From Stenotrophomonas maltophilia (GTDB lineage Bacteria; Pseudomonadota; Gammaproteobacteria; Xanthomonadales; Xanthomonadaceae), in assembly GCA_002387845.1 (NCBI GenBank), contig DGLB01000074.1, forward strand, positions 52,081 through 116,080: a DNA stretch of 64,000 nt, in the 5' to 3' direction. Positions 1 to 7,361 of this stretch are shown here, piece by piece (the first letter of the stretch is position 1; each line of letters begins with the position of its first letter). Both the position numbers and the translations under genes were made by a program. Below the pieces are notes generated by a model that saw nothing but the letters and a program-made list of their open reading frames with translations, had not been told where the DNA came from and did not search any database.

Positions 1-1301
1 GGCAGCGCGTCCTTGGCGGCTTCGTGCTGGGCGCGCTGGCCGGCTGGCTGCTGGGTCCGGCCGCTGAAACCTGGTTTGGTCCGCTCGGCGACCTGTACGT
101 CACCCTGATCAAGATGATCGCGGTGCCGCTGGTGTTCTTCGCGGTCATCAACGCGATCTCCTCGCTGCACGGGCAGAAGTCGGTGGCGGCCCTGGGGGGG
201 CGCACCTTCCTGTGGTTCATCGGCACCGCCGCACTGGCGGTGTGCGTGGGCCTGGCGGTGGGTACGGTCATGCAGCCGGGCACGGGCAACCTCAGCCTGA
301 GCATGGACCACGGCTACACCCCGCGCGAAGTGCCCAGCGTGGTCAAGGTGGTCATGGACGTGGTGCCGTCCAACGTGTTCTATGCACTGAGTGGCATCGG
401 CACGCGGGTCAATGCCGCGGGTGAGACCGTGCTTGCGGCGGGCCGGGGGTCGATCCTGCCGGTGATCTTCTTTGCCGGTCTGATCGGCTTCGCCATGGTC
501 AAACTCGGCGACAAGGTCGCCGAAGCGCGCAAGCTGACCGGGCAGATGAGCGAGATCATGATCCAGATCACCCGCTTCGTGCTGGAGGTGACCCCGCTGG
601 GTACCTTCGGCCTGATCGCAGGGCTGGTCGGCAGCTATGGGTTCGAGAAGCTGCTGCCGCTGGGCAATTTCGTGCTGGCGCTGTACATCGCCTGTGCCCT
701 GCACATCGTGGTGGTGTACGGCAGCCTGTTGCTGGCGCATGGGCTGAATCCGCTGAAGTTCTTCCGCGGCGCGTCGCCGGGCATGCAGGTCGCCTTTGTC
801 AGTTCGTCCAGCTTCGCCGCAATGCCGGTGGCGATGCGCTCGATCACCCACAACCTGGGCGTGAACAAGGACTACGCCTCGTTCGCGGTGCCGCTGGGTG
901 CCAGCATCAAAATGGACGGGTGCGGTGCGATCTACCCCGCGCTGTGCGCGGTGTTCATCGCCCAGTACACCGGCGTGCCGCTCACCCCGGAACAGTATGT
1001 AGTGGTGCTGATCGCCTCGGTGCTGGGCAGCTTCGGCACGGCTGGCGTGCCGGGCACGGCCGTGGTGATGGCCACGGTGGTGCTGAGCGCGGCCAACCTG
1101 CCGCTGGAGACCATTGGGTACCTGTATGCCATCGACCGCATCCTCGACATGATGCGCACGATGACGAACGTGACCGGCCAGATGCTGGTGCCGGTGCTGG
1201 TGGCCAAGGAAACCGGGCTGCTGGACCAGCAGGTGTACGACAACCCGTCCACCAACCCGGGGGTGGATGAAGCGCCACCGGAGCCGCGTTCCGGCAGCTG
1301 A
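1..1301 (+). CDS. Dicarboxylate/amino acid:cation symporter (DAACS family, GltP/DctA-like); 5' end outside window
   Basis: Open frame runs to base 1 with no stop. Conserved DAACS helices are present (LIKMIAVPLVFFAVINAISSL, SSSFAAMPVAMRS, GVPGTAVVMATVVL). The family N-terminus is missing, so the gene starts upstream of the window. Confidence 0.8.
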   Translation, partial: QRVLGGFVLGALAGWLLGPAAETWFGPLGDLYVTLIKMIAVPLVFFAVINAISSLHGQKSVAALGGRTFLWFIGTAALAVCVGLAVGTVMQPGTGNLSLSMDHGYTPREVPSVVKVVMDVVPSNVFYALSGIGTRVNAAGETVLAAGRGSILPVIFFAGLIGFAMVKLGDKVAEARKLTGQMSEIMIQITRFVLEVTPLGTFGLIAGLVGSYGFEKLLPLGNFVLALYIACALHIVVVYGSLLLAHGLNPLKFFRGASPGMQVAFVSSSSFAAMPVAMRSITHNLGVNKDYASFAVPLGASIKMDGCGAIYPALCAVFIAQYTGVPLTPEQYVVVLIASVLGSFGTAGVPGTAVVMATVVLSAANLPLETIGYLYAIDRILDMMRTMTNVTGQMLVPVLVAKETGLLDQQVYDNPSTNPGVDEAPPEPRSGS

Positions 1302-1315
1302 CTGCGTGCTGTAAC

Positions 1316-1365
1316 AGGTGTATCGCCGGGTGTAACAGCCGTGATACACCCGGCGTTAAACCGTT
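1316..1365 (+). terminator. Hairpin after the symporter gene (CGCCGGGTGT-12nt-ACACCCGGCG followed by a T-rich tract)
   Basis: 10-bp perfect inverted repeat at 1324-1333/1346-1355, followed by ttaaaccgttgttatc. Confidence 0.3.
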
Positions 1366-1467
1366 GTTATCAAGGCATCAGCACCTCGCCTGCCCGTGTT
1401 CAGCCGCTGTGAAGACGGCGCGCGGTGTAACACCGCTGTTGCGCTGAGTGTCACGCGCTTGCGCCCA

Positions 1468-1483
1468 AACGCCTGCAATTGCA
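1468..1483. promoter_or_regulatory. Perfect 16-bp palindrome GCCTGCAATTGCAGGC immediately upstream of the candidate fap sigma-54 promoter
   Basis: Read directly from the sequence. It lies 14 nt upstream of the -24 element, a position suited to a repressor or IHF-like site. Confidence 0.3.
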
Positions 1484-1494
1484 GGCCTTCGGGA

Positions 1495-1512
1495 CTTGGC
1501 ACGAATGCTGCT
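1495..1512 (+). promoter_or_regulatory. Candidate sigma-54 (-24/-12) promoter for the fap operon
   Basis: TGGCACG-AATG-CTGCT matches the TGGCACG-N4-TTGCW consensus at 11/12 positions. The -12 GC lies about 34 nt upstream of the fapA start codon (1545), with RBS GGGAGA at 1534-1539. A sigma-54 EBP is encoded immediately downstream of the operon. Confidence 0.45.
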
Positions 1513-1544
1513 CTACCTCTCCCGCATGGTTTCGGGAGATCGCG

Positions 1545-2087
1545 ATGGACAGCGTTGCCGTACGAAGCAGAACCGCACGAAATGCCGCCTGGCTGCTGGC
1601 TCTGGCGGTGTTGCTGCCGATGGCCGCGCAGGCCTCGGGCGCACGCACCGGGGTCAAGGCGCAGCCGGGTGAGATCGTCCTGCTGCGCGATGTCTCGGCG
1701 CGGCCTGCGTACCGGCCCGCACCGCCCGGGGTCGCACTGATTGCCGACCCCTCGCCGAATCGCGAAGTGTCTGCCGCCCTGGGAACGTCTGGCGGCATGG
1801 ACGAACTGGGGGATGAAGATTTCGCCTCGATGGGGTCCAACACCGGCGCGGGCACGACGGGGCACTCGCAGACCACCGTGGAACGGGTCACCGGCGGCAC
1901 GGTCAACGCCACGCTGGGCAACATCACCGAGAACGGGGTGCTTTCCGGCAGCGGGCTGACCAAGACCATGAGCACCCCGATGAGCGCTGTTGGCAACGCC
2001 ACGCGCGGCATCGGCGATACCGTTCGCGGCGCGTTGTCGCAGTTCCCGATGGGCACCGGCCAGCCTGCAGGTGGGCCCGGCAAATGA
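1545..2087 (+). CDS. fapA: Secreted protein at the fapA position of the Fap amyloid operon (signal peptide; weak curlin-like GN(A/I)T motifs)
   Basis: ATG at 1545 preceded by GGGAGA. Signal peptide AWLLALAVLLPMAAQASG. The stop overlaps the fapB start (ATGA at 2084-2087). The assignment is positional: the sequence is not clearly FapA-like and carries NATLGNITENG / VGNATRGIG motifs resembling FapB/C repeats. Confidence 0.45.
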   Translation: MDSVAVRSRTARNAAWLLALAVLLPMAAQASGARTGVKAQPGEIVLLRDVSARPAYRPAPPGVALIADPSPNREVSAALGTSGGMDELGDEDFASMGSNTGAGTTGHSQTTVERVTGGTVNATLGNITENGVLSGSGLTKTMSTPMSAVGNATRGIGDTVRGALSQFPMGTGQPAGGPGK

Positions 2088-2716
2088 ATCGCACTGTCGC
2101 CTTCCTTGTCGTGGCCGCACTGCTGCCACTGTCTGCCGCCGCGCAGCAGGCAGACGACTACGCGGCGATGTTGAGCTATCTCAACCACAGCCGCATTGAC
2201 GGCAATGCGCTGCGCAATGCCGACGGCGCGATCACCGTGAACATGGTGTCCGGCGATCTCAACCAGCAGGCCAATCTGCTGGGTATGGCCAGCGGCGAAA
2301 CATCGGCCATCAACATCAGCGCGCGGCAGCGCCTGGCGGGCAACCGGGTCACCGGTTCGGGTCCGCTGGACGCCAGCGCCAGCATCGGCGGCCAGGCTCT
2401 GAACGGAGCCACCGGCGTTGCCATGATCAATCAGGCCAGCGGCATCGGCAACGCGACGGTCAACGTCGTGACAGCCACGCTGGCGCAACAGGGCATACGC
2501 GAGTCCGACGACGAGGCCCTCGCGGCTTCGGGGGCACTTGCGTCAGCAGGGGGGCAGGACCTCGCCAACAGCCGCAAAGCGGCTGGTACCCGCAGCGTCG
2601 CCGTGGAGGACACGGCATTGCGGGGCTTTGACGGCGTGCTGCAACTCAATCAGATCGCGGGTTCTGGCAACGCCACCGCCAACCAGCTTGGCATCTCCGT
2701 GCAGTCCACCCCGTGA
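2084..2716 (+). CDS. fapB: FapB-like amyloid nucleator subunit (secreted; curlin/Fap repeats)
   Basis: Signal peptide MNRTVAFLVVAALLPLSAAAQQ. Repeats INISARQ..GN, INQASGIGNATVNVVTA, QIAGSGNATANQLGIS fit the Fap/curlin Q/N-G-x-G-N-x-A pattern. Size (210 aa) and position match fapB. Confidence 0.65.
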   Translation: MNRTVAFLVVAALLPLSAAAQQADDYAAMLSYLNHSRIDGNALRNADGAITVNMVSGDLNQQANLLGMASGETSAINISARQRLAGNRVTGSGPLDASASIGGQALNGATGVAMINQASGIGNATVNVVTATLAQQGIRESDDEALAASGALASAGGQDLANSRKAAGTRSVAVEDTALRGFDGVLQLNQIAGSGNATANQLGISVQSTP

Positions 2717-2760
2717 GTTGTTTCACCCACCCGATAGTCCGTGATGAGAGAGAGGGCACC

Positions 2761-4197
2761 ATGAATACCACGATGAAAAGGACCGTACTGGCGCTGGCCG
2801 TCGCCGTTGCTTCTGCGTCGGTAGCCGCAAACCCCCGCCACAATGGACCGGATATCGATACCCGTATCGATACCCATATCGACACTGACATCCATACCGA
2901 TATCGACACCAACATCGATACCGATATCGATACCGACATCGATACCAAGATCCGCAACGAATGGGATTCGCGGACCAAGATCCGCAACACCAGCACCACC
3001 AACACCAGCAGCAACACCAGCACCGACACCCGCACCGTGAACCATTCGCGGCAGGTAACGGTGAACGAGAACGTACAGAAGAACAGCAACATCCAGGCCG
3101 ACGAGCGCAAGGAAAAGAACAACCACGGCGTCGACGTGAACCTGGAATCGGACCTGCAGGTTGGTGCTGATGTGCAGTTCCGCGGCCGTCCCACCGTGTC
3201 GGGTGACCTGGAAGTCGATTCGGCGGCCATCGCCATCATCGACAACCGCCAGTCGGTCACCAACAACCACGGTGACAACGAACTGCTCGAGAACAATTCC
3301 TCGATCAGCGAGAACGTCGCCCAGGGAGCGTCCGGCAACCTCGGCTTCAACACCGCCGCCGGTGACAACAACGCGCAGGACAATGCGGCCTCGCTGTCCG
3401 CCGCGGATGCCTCGTTCACCTTCGGCATGTCCGATGCCCAGGTCTACGTGAACCAGTACGGTGCCGGCAACCAGACCTGGAATGACGGCGTGGTCAACAA
3501 CTCCAGCATCAGCGGCAACGCCTTCCGCAACGCGACCGGCAACATCGGCGTGAACAGCGCGGCCGGCAACAACAACGAGCAGAAGAACGCGCTGGCCGCT
3601 TCGGTGTCCACCGCCCGCATGGCCACGGCGAGCATCAGCTCCAACCAGGTCTCCACGGGTAACAGCGTGTCCAACGAAGGCTACGTCAAGCGCATGCAGG
3701 ACACCACCGAAGTCACCCTGCGTGGCACGGTGCGCGGCGGTACCGCTGCCATCGGCGTCGGCGGTTATCGCGGCAGCGGCAACGCCTACCAGTCGTCCAA
3801 CTTCTATGCGGACAGCTGGGAAGGCGAGCGTCACACCGGTGGCGATTCGACCGGGCATATCGACTATGACAACCAGTCGCAGGGTGCGGTGCAGAACCCG
3901 AACCGTCCGGGCGTCGGCGGTCTGGGCTTCGACACCGAAGAAGAAGGCGTGCTGGCCTTCGGCGAAGTCGGCTATGCCGATCTGCGCGCAAGCCTGAGCG
4001 GCACGGTGCAGACCACGCGCTGGGTGGTTGAGCGTGCGGAAAACAACGCCTCGCTGTCCGGTGATGCGTTCCGCAATGCCAGCGGCAACATCGGTGTGAA
4101 CGTCGCGGCCGGCACCGGCAACCTGCAGGCCAACAGCCTGGCACTGGCCGTGGCCCAGCCGTCCACCGGCACCCCGGGTGGCGGTGGCGGCGAGTAA
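2761..4197 (+). CDS. fapC: FapC-like major functional-amyloid subunit with an N-terminal (x-I-D-T)n tandem repeat and a T/N/S-rich linker
   Basis: RBS GAGAGAGGG before ATG 2761. Signal peptide MNTTMKRTVLALAVAVASASVAA. Three imperfect repeats (SISENVAQGASGNLGFNTAAGDNNAQDNAASLSAADAS; SISGNAFRNATGNIGVNSAAGNNNEQKNALAAS; SLSGDAFRNASGNIGVNVAAGTGNLQANSLALAV) match the known FapC R1-R3 motif GN(I/V)GVNVAAGxxNQQxN. Ends in a Gly-rich tail. Confidence 0.75.
   Translation: MNTTMKRTVLALAVAVASASVAANPRHNGPDIDTRIDTHIDTDIHTDIDTNIDTDIDTDIDTKIRNEWDSRTKIRNTSTTNTSSNTSTDTRTVNHSRQVTVNENVQKNSNIQADERKEKNNHGVDVNLESDLQVGADVQFRGRPTVSGDLEVDSAAIAIIDNRQSVTNNHGDNELLENNSSISENVAQGASGNLGFNTAAGDNNAQDNAASLSAADASFTFGMSDAQVYVNQYGAGNQTWNDGVVNNSSISGNAFRNATGNIGVNSAAGNNNEQKNALAASVSTARMATASISSNQVSTGNSVSNEGYVKRMQDTTEVTLRGTVRGGTAAIGVGGYRGSGNAYQSSNFYADSWEGERHTGGDSTGHIDYDNQSQGAVQNPNRPGVGGLGFDTEEEGVLAFGEVGYADLRASLSGTVQTTRWVVERAENNASLSGDAFRNASGNIGVNVAAGTGNLQANSLALAVAQPSTGTPGGGGGE
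2851..2958 (+). repeat. In-frame 12-bp tandem repeat (about 9 units; gatatcgatacc family) encoding DIDT/RIDT/HIDT/DIHT/NIDT/KIRN inside fapC
   Basis: Eight to nine consecutive 12-nt units read directly: gatatcgatacc cgtatcgatacc catatcgacact gacatccatacc gatatcgacacc aacatcgatacc gatatcgatacc gacatcgatacc aagatccgcaac. Confidence 0.85.
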
Positions 4198-4334
4198 GCC
4201 TGTCCGTTTTCGCAAGCAACACGCGTTGAGCGCAACAAACCCGGTCATCCGCCAATGGCCGGGCTCCCCGGGAGCCCCTGTTCCATCCTCCCCCTTTGGG
4301 GCAGGGGCTCCTTCCTTTTCCTGGAGCCACGCCG

Positions 4335-5030
4335 ATGTCGTTCTGCCGTCTGCTCTGCGCGGTACTGCTGTTGCTGCCGATTGCTCGCCTGCATGCGGGT
4401 GACGTCGCCTTCAGTGGAGTACTGCCCAATGGCGCCCTGTTTAACCAGCAGGTGGAAAGCATGCAGGAGCGGAAATTCCGCAACCTGGTGCGGCAGCACA
4501 CCGACTACAGCTGCGGCGCGGCCGCCCTGGCCACCATCCTGCGTTACGCCTACAACCTGGAGGCGAACGAGGCCACCGTGATCGAGGGCATGATGGGGGT
4601 CTCCGACCCGGAGCTGGTGCATCAGCGCGGTTTCTCGTTGCTGGACATCAAGCGCTATGTCGAATCGCTGGGCATGCGGGGACGTGGCTACCGCGTCAAC
4701 GAAGAGCGCCTGCGTTCGCTGCGGGTGCCGGGCCTGGTCCTGATGGATGTGCGCGGTTTCCGCCACTTCGTCGTGCTCAAGCAGGTCCGTGGCGATGTGG
4801 TGGACCTGGCCGATCCGATTCTGGGCAACCGCAGCATCACGCTTGACGAATTTCTGCAGTCATGGCCGTCCCGCGCCGTGTTCATCGTGATCGGTAGCGA
4901 TTTCAATCGCAACACGGTGTTGCTGCAGCCTGGCGAACGCCCCAGTGCGCGTTCGCTGTACGCCCGGCAGGGGCCGATCACCGAAGCGGAACTGGTGGAT
5001 TTCGGCTTTACCCACGCCGACCTGCTTTAG
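4335..5030 (+). CDS. fapD: FapD-like C39-family cysteine peptidase (periplasmic, signal peptide)
   Basis: C39 peptidase core YSCGAAALATILRYAY (catalytic Cys), with H in RHFVVLK. 231 aa with an N-terminal signal peptide, matching Pseudomonas FapD in size and operon position. Confidence 0.8.
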   Translation: MSFCRLLCAVLLLLPIARLHAGDVAFSGVLPNGALFNQQVESMQERKFRNLVRQHTDYSCGAAALATILRYAYNLEANEATVIEGMMGVSDPELVHQRGFSLLDIKRYVESLGMRGRGYRVNEERLRSLRVPGLVLMDVRGFRHFVVLKQVRGDVVDLADPILGNRSITLDEFLQSWPSRAVFIVIGSDFNRNTVLLQPGERPSARSLYARQGPITEAELVDFGFTHADLL

Positions 5031-5038
5031 GAGGCATC

Positions 5039-5824
5039 ATGAACATCACCCCATGGACGCGAAGTGCGGTATTGCTGGCCCTGCTGGGCATGCTACCGGC
5101 CTACGCCGCCGACGCCCCGGCCACAGACGGGCAACGCAAGGCGGGCAAGGGACTGAGCGAGATTCCCGATCCCGAGCTGAACCTGATGCGCGGCCGTTAC
5201 ACCGTGAATGGCAACAGCGTGGCCTGGTTCGGCGTCACCATGATTTCGCAGTGGCAGGCCGGCACACAGGCCGCCGAAAGTGCGCTCACACTCGGCATGG
5301 ACTTCACCCACAGCGCGACGGCACCGAAAGTCAGCTTCACCCCCAGTGTCACCGTGACCGCGGCCGATGCGCCGCTGCCGGCCACACCGGGCCGCAGCGT
5401 GGAATCGGCCGGGCTGCAGAACGTGGCCGGTGTGACCCAAGCCATCCAGGTGGCCGGCGACAACAACGTGGCCAGCAACAGCACCCAGCTCACCGTGCGT
5501 GAGGGCAGTGCGCCGACCGGGCAGGCCACGTCCGCCGCGCCTGCGGCGACGGCACAGCACGGCGGCGTCAGCGCCGTGGCACAGATGGAGGGCAACAACG
5601 CCCAGGTGCAGCTGCAGATCGAAGGCGTCGGTGCGGTCCAGCAATGGATCCGCAACGGCAGCGTCGGCCAGACCATCGCGCTGAGCAGCGACGGCCAGGC
5701 GGTCAGCAACCGCATGCAGATCGAACTGGTGCGGCAGACCCTGGCAAGCAATGCGCCGTTGAGCCAGAACGTGGCGCAGGCCATGAACTTGGTGCGCGGC
5801 ATTGGCATGGGACCCGGTCAGTAA
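5039..5824 (+). CDS. fapE: FapE-like secreted Fap accessory/minor fibre protein
   Basis: Strong RBS AGGAGG 6 nt before the ATG. Signal peptide MNITPWTRSAVLLALLGMLPAYA. 261 aa, located between the C39 peptidase and the FapF-like barrel as in fap operons. Confidence 0.6.
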   Translation: MNITPWTRSAVLLALLGMLPAYAADAPATDGQRKAGKGLSEIPDPELNLMRGRYTVNGNSVAWFGVTMISQWQAGTQAAESALTLGMDFTHSATAPKVSFTPSVTVTAADAPLPATPGRSVESAGLQNVAGVTQAIQVAGDNNVASNSTQLTVREGSAPTGQATSAAPAATAQHGGVSAVAQMEGNNAQVQLQIEGVGAVQQWIRNGSVGQTIALSSDGQAVSNRMQIELVRQTLASNAPLSQNVAQAMNLVRGIGMGPGQ

Positions 5825-5866
5825 CCGGCCGGGTGGGGGGCGTCACCACAACCGTGGAACAAGGCA

Positions 5867-7165
5867 ATGCACACTTACCGCATGACTCCGCTGGCGCTGG
5901 CGGCGCTGGCGCTGATCCTCTCTGCCGGTGCACAGGCGCAGACCGCACCGGCCGATGAGGCCGACATCAAGGCGTTGGCCCAGCAGCTGGAAACACTGAA
6001 GGCCAACTACGCACAGGAAGTACGCCGCCTGCGCGAACTGGACATGCAGGTGCAGGCCATGCAGGCGCGCCTGTCCGGCAAGACCGGTCCGGCCACCGGT
6101 GCGGCCGCACCACCGCCGCCGGCCGTTGCGGCGGCGACCGCGCCGCCCAGCGGCGAAGGATATGCCAGCACGGCTGCCGAAGCGCAGCAGGCCCAACAGG
6201 CGTCCAAGCGCAGCGTGGACGACGTGAAGCAGCAGACCGCCACCTTGTTCACGCGTCGCTTCACGCTGGAAAACAGCCTGAGCTACGCACGCTATGACCG
6301 CAAGCAGGTGACGTTGAACGGCTTCCTGGCGTTGGACGCCATTTTCCTCGGCAACATCGCCATCGAAAACGTCGAATCGGACACGTTGACCTACAACCTG
6401 GCCGCGCGCTGGGGCGTGACGCCTCGCATGACGCTGAACCTGGACGTGCCGTATCTGGCGCGCAAGACGGTGTTCCAGAAGGGCGGTGCCGGTGGTTCGG
6501 CTGCGGCCATTGCACAGGAAGAAACGACCGGCAACGGGCTGGGTGACATCAGCCTGAGCGGCAACTTCCGTTTGAACCAGGAGAAAGGGCGCTGGCCGGA
6601 AACCGTGCTCAACGTCGGTGTGACCGCGCCGACCGGGCAGGAGCCTTACGGCGTGGACTGGAAAGTACTGGAGCGCGACGAGGACGACTTCATCCGTTTC
6701 GCCGTGCCGGGCGACCAGCCCACCGGCAACGGCGTGTGGCAGGCCAGCCTGGGCCTGTCGGCAGTGAAAACGGCGGATCCGGCGATCCTGTTCGCCAACG
6801 TCGGCTACATCCATTCCTTCGAACGCAGTTTCGACGACCTGGATGGCAATCCGGACACGGTGAACCCGGGTGACGTGAAGCTGGGCGGCTCGATCTACTT
6901 CGGTGCCGGCGTGGCGTTCGCGTTCAACGAGCGCACCAGCCTCAGCATGTCCTTCAGCGACAAGCTCAGCAGCCGCGCTTCCACCCGGTACAAGGGCGGG
7001 CAATGGGTCAAAGTGATCGGCAGTGACGCCAATGCAGCCACGCTGAATCTGGGCATCACCTACGCGCTCAACCGCAACACCACGCTGGTGAGTCAGCTGG
7101 GGATCGGGCTGACGCCGGATGCGCCGGACTTCACGCTTGCCTTCAGAATTCCGTACATGCTCTGA
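5867..7165 (+). CDS. fapF: FapF-like outer-membrane amyloid secretion channel (N-terminal coiled coil + Ala/Pro linker + beta-barrel)
   Basis: Signal peptide. Heptad coiled coil DIKALAQQLETLKANYAQEVRRLRELDMQVQAMQARL. Linker PATGAAAPPPPAVAAATAPP. Alternating-hydrophobic beta-strands ending in an aromatic C-terminus (RIPYML). 432 aa, matching FapF architecture. Confidence 0.75.
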   Translation: MHTYRMTPLALAALALILSAGAQAQTAPADEADIKALAQQLETLKANYAQEVRRLRELDMQVQAMQARLSGKTGPATGAAAPPPPAVAAATAPPSGEGYASTAAEAQQAQQASKRSVDDVKQQTATLFTRRFTLENSLSYARYDRKQVTLNGFLALDAIFLGNIAIENVESDTLTYNLAARWGVTPRMTLNLDVPYLARKTVFQKGGAGGSAAAIAQEETTGNGLGDISLSGNFRLNQEKGRWPETVLNVGVTAPTGQEPYGVDWKVLERDEDDFIRFAVPGDQPTGNGVWQASLGLSAVKTADPAILFANVGYIHSFERSFDDLDGNPDTVNPGDVKLGGSIYFGAGVAFAFNERTSLSMSFSDKLSSRASTRYKGGQWVKVIGSDANAATLNLGITYALNRNTTLVSQLGIGLTPDAPDFTLAFRIPYML

Positions 7166-7256
7166 GGCGCTTCTTCGCTTCGGGGTCATGCGCTACCGGT
7201 CGTTGTTTGTTTCAGTGCCGTCGTCTGTCGACCGACGCTACCGTTCGCACGCCGCG

Positions 7257-7282
7257 CGTAGTGACACGCCATGCGTGTCACC
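7257..7282. repeat. REP-type palindrome GTAGTGACACGCCATGCGTGTCAC between convergent fapF and the EBP gene
   Basis: Perfect hairpin TGACACGC-CAT-GCGTGTCA. The same family recurs at 34451, 38659, 58174, 61268 and 61309. Confidence 0.8.
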
Positions 7283-7361
7283 GGTACTCCATCAGCACGC
7301 CAAATCGCGCACAGCAGCCAGGCAACGCCCGGCGACAGGGAAAACCCGCACTTCCAGGCTG

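Noticed and set aside
2851-2958. Possible CRISPR-like array (regular short repeats)
   Set aside because: Units are 12 bp, contiguous without spacers, in-frame inside a CDS. This is a coding tandem repeat, not CRISPR. No cas genes in the window.
2650-4248. 532-aa minus-strand ORF antisense to fapC (and 1451-2488, 1356-2129 antisense to fapA/B; 5843-7189 antisense to fapF)
   Set aside because: High-GC genomes generate long stop-free antisense frames. These lack RBS, signal or domain motifs and have Arg/Ala/Gly-rich composition typical of wrong-frame translation, whereas the plus-strand genes have clear domain signatures.
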